Positions 32,094 to 45,527 of a DNA stretch of 64,000 nucleotides are shown one piece after another. The notes under the pieces were generated by a model. The model made no database searches. It saw nothing but the letters and a program-made list of their open reading frames with translations, and had not been told where the DNA came from. The position numbers and the translations under genes were made by a program. The stretch's first letter is position 1. Each line of letters opens with the position of its first letter. The DNA lies in the NCBI RefSeq assembly GCF_009914755.1, contig NC_060939.1. One strand, given 5' to 3'. This DNA comes from the human T2T-CHM13v2.0 reference genome, Homo sapiens.

Positions 32094-33043
32094 CTAAAAT
32101 GATAACATAAAAACACTTTGCCCTCTTCCTATTACTTTATTATAAATTCAAGGTTTCTTAAAGAACATTGTAATTGCTCAACATAAGCTAGATCCAGTGG
32201 GAAAAACTCATGTTACAGTTCCTTGGTTGAAATTATTGGTAATTCCTTTATCCCATAATAATTGTTTCTTTACTGTTACATTTAATTACACTAATCAATT
32301 GCATAATCTATGGGTTCTTCTACCTAGTTTTCTTCAATAGTGAGACTGATGTTAGTTGGCTTTATTAAATTGATTCACTTGCTTGAATCATTCTTTGCAT
32401 GTACTTGGTACCTACTTAGAAACAGCTTCAAAATAAAACATACACATTATAATGTACGTAAGTGTAGAGTAGAATGTCTGAAAGAATGTACCCTAAAAGA
32501 TTAACAGTGGCTCTCTCTGAATGGTGGGACTCAACAACGCTTTTTCTTTTTTTCTTTTATATTTTTCTGCTTGAATTATTTACAATAACTTGCTACCATT
32601 TTTTACCCCAAATTGTTAAATGTTTTCAAAACATGATTTATACTTATTGATACATTTTTAGTGTATAATGTTTTCAAAATTGCTATTACTTTCCAATATA
32701 CACGTAATTTCTCAAAATATCCTTTCAGGAGTAAAATATGATACTGGATATTTGAAAATGCTATGTATAAGTATAATGATAAAACATTAAAGTAATTTTG
32801 TCTCATGCTTTTATTTAAATTTGAAATATGACTATTTACACAAAAAATGGGACTTAAAAGTAAAAAATAAAATGCTATTAATTTTCATCTTTTTTTGAAA
32901 TTTGGCATTCTAGTTTTCACTTTTTAGTTCTTTTTGAAGTCTATCATTTCCCTCCATTGATATCAATTTATTATATACATACATACAAGCACACTTATAC
33001 TTTGTAAACAACAGCAATGATATAATAAGTGATTTTGGGAAAT

Positions 33044-33622
33044 TTACAATTATATAGGGATAATTTACTTAAGAAATGATCGTTACATATATGTTTATAT
33101 TATATAACACACACTCATATATGAGAATTCAGTAAAGAAATTAATTCTTAGAAGACACAGCATTGGTTTAAGTCATCATTGTTATAATGATATTAAATAT
33201 ATGTAGATGTAACTAGATAGAAAATATTTATGCTTACAATTCCTTTACAACTAGAAGTTCTAAGCAAATTCATAAATTCAATGCATGCAAAACCATAAAG
33301 CCAATAAAATCCAATTAAAAACATTATTTTTAATATGGTGGATTATTTTATTTTACTAAAACTAAAAAGTTGAGGCTTCTAGTAGAAGCATGTAGCCTCA
33401 TATATGGCTATCCAAAAAGTTTATGTGTGTATTTTGACTTCAGTTTTATTACAGAATTTGTATGTGGTGAAACTATATATATATATATAGTTATAGTTAT
33501 ATAATTACAATTGTATAGGGATAGTTCATTAAAGAAATGATTATTTATATATGTATATGATATAACACTCATATATGATAATTCAGTAAAGAAATGAATT
33601 CTTAGAAGACATAGCACTGATT
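33044..33622 (+). repeat. Diverged ~120-bp direct repeat pair (33044-33170 and 33505-33622)
   Basis: Shared ttacaatt.tatagggata...cactcatatatga..attcagtaaagaaat.aattcttagaagaca.agca. Confidence 0.85.
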
Positions 33623-34752
33623 ATGTATACATATAACTTCTATATATAAAACAATTTCTATATATAAAACAATTGTTCCATAGATACATGATTTCTATAT
33701 ATATATAAAAACAATTATTCTATATATATATATATAACTTTTCTAAGACCCTGTTTGCTATTCTGAGATTACTGAGCCTCAAACTTTATCCAGACTGCAT
33801 GTGACATACCTCCAAACACCATTTGGTTTGGTACACTGTTTTTCATTACCTTGAACGCCAAGAATTATTTGTTATATCTGTAAGACTTTCTTGTTCACTT
33901 GAATATAATGCTGGTGTTATTGCATTAGTGATAACTTCATTAAATGGGTATGTAATTCATTCAATTGTTGCTGAAACTGGAAATAGAAATAGAAAAAATT
34001 CTTCATTGTCTTTTTAGCATTACACCTACTGCTAAGGAAATGGCGCATGCTGTTATACATAAAAACATGATCCATGCAATATGTCTGTCGTGAAGGTGAA
34101 TATGGTATTCATCTTAAACATAGTTTAAATAATGAACTCAGATGCAATTTGGCCTTCTTTTTGGCTTAATACATCAAAAACAAAAAAATGTAAATTACAG
34201 CACTGAAATTGAGTGGCAGAACCTAATTTCCAGACAGTCCAGAATATGCTCATGTTTTGTTTATGGGATCATTAAAAAATTGCAAAGTAATTGTAGAGGA
34301 TCGCAATTTCCAGAAAATGGGTCTGTAGAATATGTCGCAGATTGAAAAATCCTAGTTTCGTCGGAGGCATGAGTTTAAAACTCACCTCCTTTTTGCTCAT
34401 GAATTCAAAATTTTTCTTGAATTATTCTTATGTCTTAAGAGAATGTTGGTGCTGGGTAAATGCAACAGACTTGCTCCAAGCCCTCCTGGAACTCACAATT
34501 TAATAGGTGCAGACAACAGTGTAATAGGGGATAAATTAGACCCTGTTACTTACCAAGTGACCTTAAATGAGCTATGAATTAAACTCTCTGAGCCTCAACT
34601 TGCTCAGCTGTAAGAAGAGGACGGTACCTACTCTAACCATTAGATGATAGTAAGTGAAAGTGTTGAAGTACTACACAAAAGGAAAACATTAGTGACATTC
34701 ACTTATGCCAAATTAAATCACATTCAAGATAACAACTAGTAAAACGATTTCT

Positions 34753-35044
34753 GACCGGGCACCATGGCTCACACCTGTAATCCCAGTAATTTGGGAGGCC
34801 AAGGTGGATGGATCACTTGAGCTCAGAAGTTTGAGACCAGCCTGACAACATGGTGAAACCCCGTTTCTACTAAAAATACAAAAACTAACCAGGCGTGGTG
34901 GCTGTAATTCTGGCTACTTGAGAGACTGAGGCAGGAGAATCACTTGAACCCGGGAGGCGAGGTTGCAGTGAGCCAAGACAGCGCCACTGCACTCCAGCAT
35001 GGGCAACAGAGAGAGACTCTGTCTCAAAAAATGAAAAAAAAAAA
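34753..35044 (+). mobile_element. AluS (Sx/Sz-like)
   Basis: Alu consensus with A tail. Confidence 0.92.
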
Positions 35045-35733
35045 TTCTAAAATAGTGCAACTTCCATCCTAGTACAATCATTAAGGTCAGCAATATTAAT
35101 ACTTTTATACTTATAATTTCCATGGAAACTAGCATGTTTGGACCCTGATTCCAAAATAATGATTCCAATAACATTATTATGCCTATTATTGAAATCAGTC
35201 ATGTCTGGAGTGTGAAAAGGCATCTGTCTAGCAGCTGTCTGAAGCACTAGAAATAGACGGTGATGGTAACTGAAAAGCAACTTCTTCAGCTGAAATTTCA
35301 GGGGAATGTTCAAGAGAGGTAGCACATGGCTTCCCAGCTTGGAATGCTGCCAGGATCATTAGAACTAACAACCATCCTGCACTGGTGGAACATACCATGG
35401 GTGTTTTAATGATCATCTTGACTTCCCATCTGAAAGATGTCATCTCTGACAACCAAGGGCCTGCTGCTTACAGCACAACACATGAGGAATTAGTGGGGTA
35501 GTAAATCATTGCTACTCCTTGTGCAAGAGAGGGCTTGCTGTAGTCCTTTTGGTGTGGAACTGAAAGAGCCTGAAGAGCTTGAACTGCTAATACCCTGAGA
35601 TTACTTTTACTCCAGAGCCACTTCCTCTACCATTAGTGGATTTGTGTTTAGGGAGTGCTAGCTAATTTTAATATTGTCTTAAGAAAAGCATAATTAGAAA
35701 GGTAAATCTGCTGAGGGACAAATTATATCTTCT

Positions 35734-35765
35734 GTGTGTGTGTGTGTGTGTGTGTGCGCGTGCGC
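35734..35765 (+). repeat. (TG)n/(CG)n alternating purine-pyrimidine tract
   Basis: Direct read. Confidence 0.9.
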
Positions 35766-38700
35766 AGGTGCACTTTAACCAGATATTCCAAACGATGTCT
35801 ATTCTCCCAGCACAGTGCTTAGCACGCAGTACGTTACAATGAATATGTGATGAATGTATCTATTCTTCAAGATAATCAAAAGATAAATTTTAAGGCTACA
35901 CACATCTAAAATTTGCCTGAAATCATTTTTGGATCAAGGCAATATATACATAATTTCAAATTATATATATTTTACAATTTTAAATAAATTTGTATTATTT
36001 TTCTGACATCAAAAGTAAGATAAAATTTTAGTAGAAAAATTAAAAATATACAAAAAGTCTTAATCAGGTGGACTAATAGCTATCAGTTATCTGTTTATCT
36101 GTTGATAACACTAGAGAATTTCCCTATCTTCTATTCATATAGAGCTATAATCGAAATCACACGTGTTTGTAGTAGTATTCTATGTTGTCATTGATGGCAC
36201 TAGTCTTTTCTGCTGTTGTTGCTTTCTGATGCTAGTAAAATTGGAGTCTATTCTTACCAAGAAATGAGGAATATATTTTCCAGAATAAGTCCAGAAAATA
36301 TATTAAATTAAATTAAATGTTTAATATAAAAGCAAATTAGCATGTTGTATCTTTAAGAAAAGTCCACTAAGCCAATTTAGTCTTGGGTCAACACAATTCA
36401 TCAAGAAAGGGCATACAGGACTAAAAATGCTGTAAAATGGTTTTGCCCCCTTAATGTAAAATATTGCTCATTTATGTTCCTTTTTTATTCAGTATCATTC
36501 TTCCGGTTTTGCAGTATAAAGCAGATATGCTTGGAAACCTTATTTAAAAATTTGGGAAAAGAAGTGGAGAAAAGTGTAATGATATTAATGTGTTTCATTA
36601 ATTGTAGAGAATGTAACTTCATTTACTCAATTGCCCTGGGGATATTGTTGCTGCTTTAAATGGAGAGCAACTGGTAAATTGGGAACCAAGAGTCTTAATG
36701 CTTAAAACAGAGCTTCCAGTTCAGAGACAGAAAGTCATGTCCTAAAGAAAGCAGAGTCTCTGCTTTGCCCATTTAATACTGAACAAAATGTAGTGCAACT
36801 GAAGAATGCAAGGAAACATGAAACAGCTGTGAAATCCTGGGAAAAAGAGAGGCTGAGTGAAAGTGGAATTTTTGATAACCGCATCAGCATTATCTTTCCC
36901 AGTGGTGATTGCCAAAACTGTATTTGTTTATAGTTACTTGAAGATAAAGAACTAACTTTGGGCTGAGGGAGAAATACTGTATTTCCCTGAGAAATAAAAG
37001 CCTTTGAGATTTTCTTGCGAAGTCTGGAAAGCATGTCAGACGAGCCTGCCTGTGGGATATTTCCTGACTCATTTTGAAGTCCTGAGGGGTCATGATATGC
37101 TCCAGAAAAAACATCAATATTAAATTTTGCTATTAACTTGGGAAAAGTTTAGAGGTGGGAATAATACACTCAAATGCAGTTTGCCTAAGTAGAACTGAAC
37201 CTGCAAACTGGGGCGGCTGAGGCTCTTCTTATCAGCTCTGTGGTTTGAGGGCAACATTGATGGCACCTGGTTTGTGAACCTGTAAATCTTTCCCCTGTGA
37301 GTCATGAGGATTCTATCACTTCCTGTTACATCATTTTATAGAGTTTTGCATAGAAAAGAAATGGAAACTCCGGGATATGGCATATGGGACCCTCCATAAT
37401 CTGGCTTTTGCTACAACAACCTCTTTCCTTTCTCTTTACCAACATCTTCCTCCTGAACCAGTTATTCTCACTTAGTAATTTGCTTTTGTGCTTTAACAGG
37501 AATGTGCTCTCTGGGTGTGCAGATCAGGGCTAAAGTTTTGTAAGCACTGCACTGAGCACAGATCTTTGTACTCAGCAAGCATCCCATACATGTTTACATA
37601 CCTCCTGAACTTCCATGCTACTGCAGGCAACAGTGAAATGCCCATTGTGAAACACTGATGAACAGCCCTTGTGGATAAAAATGGCTTCCTTTTCCTTTTG
37701 GATATATTTCATAGTACCTGATTTTCTTTCATAGAATATGAGTGAAAAGAAATTGTCTCTCCCTGTGATTTTCAAAGGGGATGATTTTAACAATATGGAA
37801 AGATACTTAGGGCGCGCAATCAAGGTTTGAATAAAAGAGATTTCAGATTTCATAGTGAACTTTGATGAAAAGTCATGTACAGTGTTCAATAACATTGAGC
37901 AAGAATTAGTTCTTTCCCATATGGAGCTCACAGGATACTGGAAAAATAGACATTCCAAGGACGATGGATTTCTATCAGATGGACGGTGATAAAGACTATG
38001 CAACCCTAAAGAAAGGTGCTGAATTCGTATAGGTTTCATGGACGTAGGGCAGTAAGTTTGGATCCTGACGAACAGATAGATTTTGATAGGTGGAGACAAA
38101 GGACAGAGAATATTAGGGGAAAGAGATAGGGTGGGACAAGATCCAGATATGTCAGAAGCTGTTCATAGCTAAGGGCACCAGGCATTAAGGATGGAGACTA
38201 TCAGAAAAAATAATAAATAAATAAAATAAAATTTAAAAAGGCTGAAGAAGTAAGGAATCGGTGGGAAAAGTAGAAAATAATTGAACCCTAATTCTTCCAC
38301 AAGCACTGTGGGAATACTGCAGTAATGAACACGAACCATCGATGAAACGGAGGAGACAGATTTGTGATTTTGGTGCCCGCAGAAGTAACTCAGCCACAAC
38401 TCCAGTCTAGGAAGTGACCAGGACCTGAGGAGTCCAGGGGACTTTCTGGCAGTCAGGCTGCACCTGGAGACTCCACCTCACCACTAGAAAGCAGAACACA
38501 TCTCCTATGATAACGTTCGGTTTACCCGATCCCAGGGACAGCTGATTCATATACAGCATGATTAGATGCTACAAGGAGAGGAAAACAACAGTATACAAGA
38601 AATGTACAAATTAACCGGATTACATTCTAGGTGGGGAGTTGTAACACGCAACATAAATTATAGGTCATTGGTTTTCTCAGCACACAGCTGGTGAACCTTT

Positions 38701-38835
38701 ACTGGGTGCAGGTACTGAGCTAGGAACTATGAACAAAACATTAAATATAGCACTTGTCTCAAAGGCTGTTCTAGAGAGATGCATATACAAATATACGCAG
38801 AGGTGCATAGACAGATAAATTACAATATAATAGGA

Positions 38836-39876
38836 TAGTGATTATCAAACTGGGTCACTGGACTCCCTTACACTCATAAAAAGTATTGAGGACCTTCAAA
38901 AAGATTTTGTTTATATGGATTATATCTGCCAGTATTTCCTGTATTAGGAATTACATTTTTAAAGGTTTAAAATATTTATTTACAACATTTATTTTTCATG
39001 GTTTTTCAATGTATTTATTTGGTTTAATTAGTAAATAAAAATTACATATGTTCATGGTGAATAACATAATGTTTGTATATATGTATGCATTGTGGAATGG
39101 CTAAATCAAGCTAATTAACATACGCATTACCTCACATGCTTACCAGTTTTTTTGTGTGTGGTGAGAACATTTACGATCCATTCTTCCAGCGATTTTAAAG
39201 TGTATGATATGTAGTTATTAACTATAGTCAGCATGTTTGACAACAGATCTCCTGAACTTATTCCTTCAGTCTGAGATTTTATTACCCTTTGACCATCATC
39301 TCCTTAATCTCACTCCTCCCTTCCCCAGCCCCTGGAAACCATCATTCTACTCTCTACTTTTAGAAGTTCAACTTTTTTAGATTCCACATATAAAGGAGAC
39401 CATGGGGTATTTGTCTTCCTATGTCTGGCTTATTTCACTTAGCATAAAGTCCCCCAGGTTCATCTATGTTGATGCAAATGACAAGATTTCCTTCTTTGTA
39501 AGGCTAAATAGTATTCCATTGTGTATATATACCACATTATCTTTTATCTGTTCATCTGTTGATGGATGCTTAGGTTGATTCCATGTCTTGGCTATTGCAA
39601 ATAATGCTTCAATGAGCATGAGAGTGCAGATATCTCTTCAGCATACTGATTTCATTTATAAACACTTATTTTAAAATGGACAATTGTAAACCCATCACAT
39701 GTTAGCTTCAAGGTGATGACCATCCCATGCGTTCTCTGGAAAACTCCACTGTACAGTTGTGTGAAAATGATAGTAGGAAAGGTAAATAATATTTTGGTAT
39801 TACTATGAAAATAGTATTGACCTCACAAAATCCTGAAAGAGTGTCAGGTTCCTAGGCCACGTTGAGAGTACCACTG
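38836..39876. mobile_element. hAT-Charlie-type DNA transposon fossil split by an antisense L1MA 3' fragment (~38990-39655)
   Basis: Charlie-like ends (tagtgattatcaaact... / ...ttgagagtaccactg); the L1MA 3'UTR on minus strand lies between them. Confidence 0.65.
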
Positions 39877-40037
39877 TAATAAGATGGAGTTCTAATAGAA
39901 AAAGAAGGGGGAGGAGGGGAGTAGCTGCAGTTCGATCCCAAACTGTATACAATTTATACTGTTTGAATAACACAAAATTTAAAAACATGTTACCAGATGT
40001 TGGCCCCATATTATCTCATTTAATATTCAAAACAATT

Positions 40038-40411
40038 TGCTACGGTCTGGATGTTTGCGCCTTGCCTTCCCCCTCAAATTCCTGTGTTGAAACCTAACCC
40101 CCAATGTGATGGTATCAGGAGGTAGAGCTTTCGGGAAGTGATTAGGTCATGAGGGCAGAGCTTTTACGAATGGGGTTAGCACCCTTATGAACGAGATCCT
40201 AGACAATTAGCTAGCCCCTTCCACCACACAAACATACACTGAGCAGGCGCCATCTATCTATAAACCACAAAGTGGGCCCTCACCAGACACCTGATCCACA
40301 GGCTGCAGCCTTGGTCTTGGAATTCCCAGAACTGTGAGGAATAAACTTATGTTGCTTTTAAGCTCCCCAGTCTATGGCATTTTGTTATAGCAGCCTCAGT
40401 GTTCTAACACA
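40038..40411 (+). mobile_element. MLT1A-type MaLR solo LTR within a MIR
   Basis: tgctacggtctgg start; cccagaactgtgaggaataaa; ttgttatagcagcc end. Confidence 0.82.
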
Positions 40412-40762
40412 CAACCACATGAGATATGATTTAACATCTGTATTTTACAGTTGAGAAAAATTAGTCTCTGAAGGTTTCAATACGTTCTACAGCAACTGAG
40501 CAGCAGGTCTGGAATCCAAACCAGGTCTGTCTTACTACAAATCCACGAACATGAGGCTATTCAGCAGGACAGTATATAATTAAATAACAATATCCAGTTC
40601 TTCATCAGCCCTTAGTATTTGCAAGTCCTTGGGCTAAGCCCATTATGTCCAACATTAAATTCCTACAACAACATTAGAAAGTAAGTGCTATATTTATCCC
40701 CATTTTATATTTGCATACTCCAGTTGTAGATGTTAAGTAACTTGTCTGAAGTCAAGTCATAA

Positions 40763-41161
<399 letters not shown>

Positions 41162-41755
41162 TGGTACCCGGATCTTTCTATGTCAAAACCAGGTTCTCCA
41201 CCCCCAACACTGCCTCCTAGAAAAATAACTGCCCTAACAAAATAACAAGACAATAATAGCTAAGACGCATCAAGCACAAAACCCTTTCTATACAGTAACT
41301 TATTTAATGCTCAAATAAAAGTATTCTATGTTTATCACCATTTTGTATAAGAATCCTTGTTAAAGATTTTAAATGATAGAGAATTACAGAAGTGAGACAT
41401 CTGAATGGGACATAAGAATTGAAAAAAATAATTAAGTAAACCCTTCCAGAAGACACGGGTCAGGAAAAGGCAGTCCATAGGATACATATACACAAGCTGG
41501 GCCTCAGCTATGGGTTTATGGGTTGGAAGCGGAAATGCAGAAAGCTGATCTCAGTACTGGAGGAAAAGCCCATGGTTTGGGAAAAAAAAAAAGTGACCAC
41601 AATATTTCAAAAATCAATATTCTTTCTGTCGTTCAAAATTAGAGTGGTCCAATTTCTGCCCTCCCTCTTGCCTTCCTTCTGCACTCAATTTGACTACAAA
41701 GTGGATTCCCCCCCCATAGCTCTCACAGAGGAAGATGCCTCAGGTTCTGCTCCCA

Positions 41756-42125
41756 GTGGTGAAATGTCACCACGTTCGCCTATTTGCAATGCAAATCTCC
41801 AGGCTTTGGCATCTGAGATTGATGTCCCTAGTATGAATGTACTTAGTTGCTGGGCTGGAGCTGAGTGGAAACGACACAGGTCTCTTCCCAGCCTCGAGTG
41901 GTTGTCAGAGGTAACAAAGCGGCGCTGGCGGAGATAGAAGCCGCGCGCCCTTTTGGTACCATCCATTAACCGCACGTGGCATTACGCATCTAAATTTGGT
42001 TGAGGCCACCAAGGCTGGACTGAGGGCAGGTGGCATACCCGAGCTGGGGCAGAGGGCAAGGGGACTTTCCACAAACTATTCTGAAGACGAGTGAGAAGGC
42101 GCAGAGCCTCATGTTTAGTCGAACT
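41756..42125. promoter_or_regulatory. Candidate enhancer/promoter: CpG-enriched patch with a PORE-like octamer palindrome and an E-box
   Basis: About 17 CpG in ~350 bp (hand count); ATTTGCAATGCAAAT 41782-41796; CACGTG 41973-41978; ATTACGCATC 41981-41990. Confidence 0.4.
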
Positions 42126-42644
42126 CCCTTGTGCATTCCCAGTGTTTCTGGGCCTTCAGGATTGTAGTATTTGGCCAGGCTCTGTAGGTGCAAGAAACTC
42201 ACAGGAAAACCTGGAAATGCCCTGGAAAAAATAATCCATTTGAAAGCCATCTTTTCCTCTATGTGGTATTTGTTGCAATGAAACGACATTATTTTATTAA
42301 ATTTATTACCATCTGTGGAGAGTTTGATTTACCGACGATGAAGTGGGAGGAGACTGTCTTTACTCAGGGCCCTGGAGATCCCAATTATATGACTGTGTCT
42401 TGGCTGGTTTTTAAGTGAATCTTTCCTTAGATGTATGTTTCTGAGTGCCCTGGGAAAAGAAAACATACAAACAATGAGAAATAAAGCATAACCAGATATC
42501 TCACTTAGTAAATTATGAAATCAGTATAGAAAAGAGAAAATATTGACAGGAAAAAAATAACTTTTTGTAGAGTCACCAAATATCTAAATACCTAGACATT
42601 ACAGCTGTGAGCATTTTGTACGTGGCTTTCCTAGGCATGCACAT

Positions 42645-42663
42645 ACACACACACACACACACA

Positions 42664-42695
<32 letters not shown>
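42645..42695 (+). repeat. Compound (CA)n(CT)n microsatellite
   Basis: Direct read. Confidence 0.95.
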
Positions 42696-42699
<4 letters not shown>

Positions 42700-44337
42700 T
42701 TACAATATAGCATGAATACACTGTAATTGCAAGAAGCAGGAAATAATAATTTTCTATCATCACTTTTATCAGCTGCTGAGTATTTCATTGTACACATGCA
42801 CCATCATTAGACTTACTAATCCCCCGGAGTTATGCACTTATATTTGACTATTTTTAAAAATTACGATAAATATTGTGCTTTAGTCTTTAGGCATTTCTAT
42901 GGTTAAACATTCCTATTTCTAAATATTAAAAAAAGTCTGGATCATTTTTTACTCTGTTATTTTTGATTGACCCCTCTCATCTGCCTTCATAATCTCCAGG
43001 TTGATTTGGAAGAACTTTTCTCCTAAACATGGCAACATTTCTGCCAACATTCAAATTTGGGCCACCTTGGGAACAGGCAGAAACAAAAGGATGATGGAAA
43101 TGATAAGATCCTGGCATTGCTCTTTCTATGCTTTGCAGGTTAAGCATCTATATCCCTCTCTTAGTGTAGATAATGTACGATGCCTGAATGGGTTGTCCAG
43201 AAACTCATTTACAAATTGGACACTTGGCACTGGGAAAGTGTTTTCCTATATAAATAACATTAAAAATACACGTCTATCTCCCAGGAGAGTAGAACAAAGC
43301 TTACAGAACTCTTGTAATAATGATATTTAACATTATTGAGCAACTTCTATATGCCAGACAATTTATATACATCACCTTTAATCCATATGGACCCTGAATT
43401 ATTTATATTTGTAATTTTTCACTGAAGGCAGAATGATGGAGTAATTTTTTTTCTTTTTAACATCATAAGTACATTTACTTTATCAACTTCATAATGTGTT
43501 AAGAATTTTGAAATTTGTTACATCATTATTTTCATTTTGTGATACACATAAAAAACTAAAAATAGAAGTCAATAAAATTACATGGGAAATAGTCTTTATT
43601 TACCTTAAGAGTTGGTGTTTGAGAGTAGAAGGTAGTCTTGAAGAGGCCCTGAAGAGGCCCTCGAAAATATTTTCAAAGACTTTACTGAGAGCCAGGACCA
43701 TAGATGCCCTTCACTATGTTGAATGTTTTTCATAAAAAAGTTTATGAAACATTTTCCTTGATTAACATAATTAATAGAAGCCTACAAATTGTCCAGTGTG
43801 ATGTGGGTTTTCTGAGATATGGATTGAAAGCTGATCCTCTTGGACTCAATACAAAAAAAAAAAAAAAAGCTTCCTATATAATGAGACTATACATGGGCAC
43901 TTAACATATAGTAAATTCACATTAAATATTCACCTTTTAATTATTTCTGGATTTATAAATGCACATATATTTAATTACTAAGTATCCTTACCCCACAAAA
44001 TTCTCTGCCTTTCCTCTCTTTAATTCTTTGGTTTCTCCTAGTCCCTCCCAGTGTGTCACTCCTAACTCTTCTTACCTCCTTTCTTTGGTTTAAGGTCTAT
44101 TAGTGTCTGTACTGGGTAGTGTTTTCACAGCTTTCTCCTCTGACATGGCCGCCTGACTCAGCGGAGAAAGCCAAGGAGATAGGATAAAATGATCCATCTG
44201 ACAGAAGCCTAAGTCCATATTCCAGAATGTATCCCAAACTTCTCATCTAAAGTAGAGTCTTCTTCTCTGACTCTGGAGTTAAGTTAGTATTTGGTCTTTC
44301 TTTTTCTTTGTTTAAACTCATTTAAAATAAGCCATTA

Positions 44338-44576
<239 letters not shown>

Positions 44577-44699
44577 ATGCGTACTTCTTAAAACACCTCT
44601 CAAACCATGGAAATTATCCCATGAATGAAAAACATAAATTACGTCTACAATGTATCATCAATGATTTTTAAGTTCTTTAAAACAGGCAATAACATAAAG

Positions 44700-45083
44700 C
44701 AGCAGTCCCCAAACTTTTTGGCACCAGGGACTGGTTTCATGGAAGACAATTTTTCCACGGAACGGGGTTAGGAGGAAAATGGTTTTGGGATGAACCTGTT
44801 CTATCTCATATCATCAGGCATTAGTTAGATGCTCATAAGGAGTGTGCAGCCTAGATCCCTGGCATGCACAGTTCACAATAGGGTTAGCTCTCCTGTGAGA
44901 GTCTAATGCCACTGCTGATCTGACAGGAGGCAGAGCTCAGGCGGTCATACTCACTGCCTCCCAACCTCCCATTCCCCACCCCTCCACCCCTCCACCCCTC
45001 CACCCCTCCCCACCCCTGTGCTGCCTAGTTCCTAACAGGCCAGGGACTGGTACCGTTCAGCGGCCTGGGGATTGGGGACCCCT
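44700..45083 (-). mobile_element. MER1B (hAT-Charlie)
   Basis: TIRs cagcagtcccc... / ...ggggacccctg; ggcaccagggactggtttcatggaagac core. Confidence 0.85.
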
Positions 45084-45178
45084 GACATGTATGTAGCACT
45101 TGCTACAGAGTCTTGATTTTTTACAATTATTTCCTATTTGTTTTACCATCCCTACTTAATTTCTAAAAAATATTTCGA

Positions 45179-45527
45179 TGCTTGTTGAACTGCATGTTTG
45201 AAACCTTAACCCCCAATGGGATATTATTAGGATGTGGGCCCTTGGGTGATAATTAAGTTTAGATGAGATTATGAGAGTGACAACTCCATTATGGGACTAA
45301 TGTCCTTACAGGAGGAGAAAAGAGACTAGAACTCTCTCCTCCATGTGAGGACACAGCAGGAAGGCATCTATCTGCAAACCAGAAAGAGGGCCTACACCAA
45401 GAATAAAACTGAACAGCCTCTTAACCTTGGACTTCCCAACCTCCAGAACTATGATAAATAAATGTGTGTTGTTTATGCCACCCAGGCTATGACATTTTTG
45501 TTACAGCAGCCCACACTGGCTAAGACA
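45179..45527 (+). mobile_element. MLT1A-type MaLR solo LTR
   Basis: ccatgtgaggacacagc, cctccagaactatga, ends ctaagaca. Confidence 0.8.

Larger units (their letters stand above)
33850..37667 (-). pseudogene. Five candidate exons (37667-37602, 37136-36957, 35289-35111, 34451-34386, 33976-33850)
   Basis: Donors GAG|gtatgt, AAA|gttagt, AA|gtataa, GAG|gtgagt, AAG|gtaatg; pyrimidine-tract acceptors; first three join without stops: GCSSVFHNGHFTVACSSMEVQE-LIAKFNIDVFSGAYHDPSG...GNTVFLPQPK-LKKLLFSYHHRLFLVLQ... Confidence 0.42.

Noticed and set aside
37735-37992. Plus-strand exon-like frame NMSEKKLSLPVIF...
   Set aside because: Contains stops, has no clear donor, and is the in-register antisense of the open minus-strand frame; cannot be supported independently
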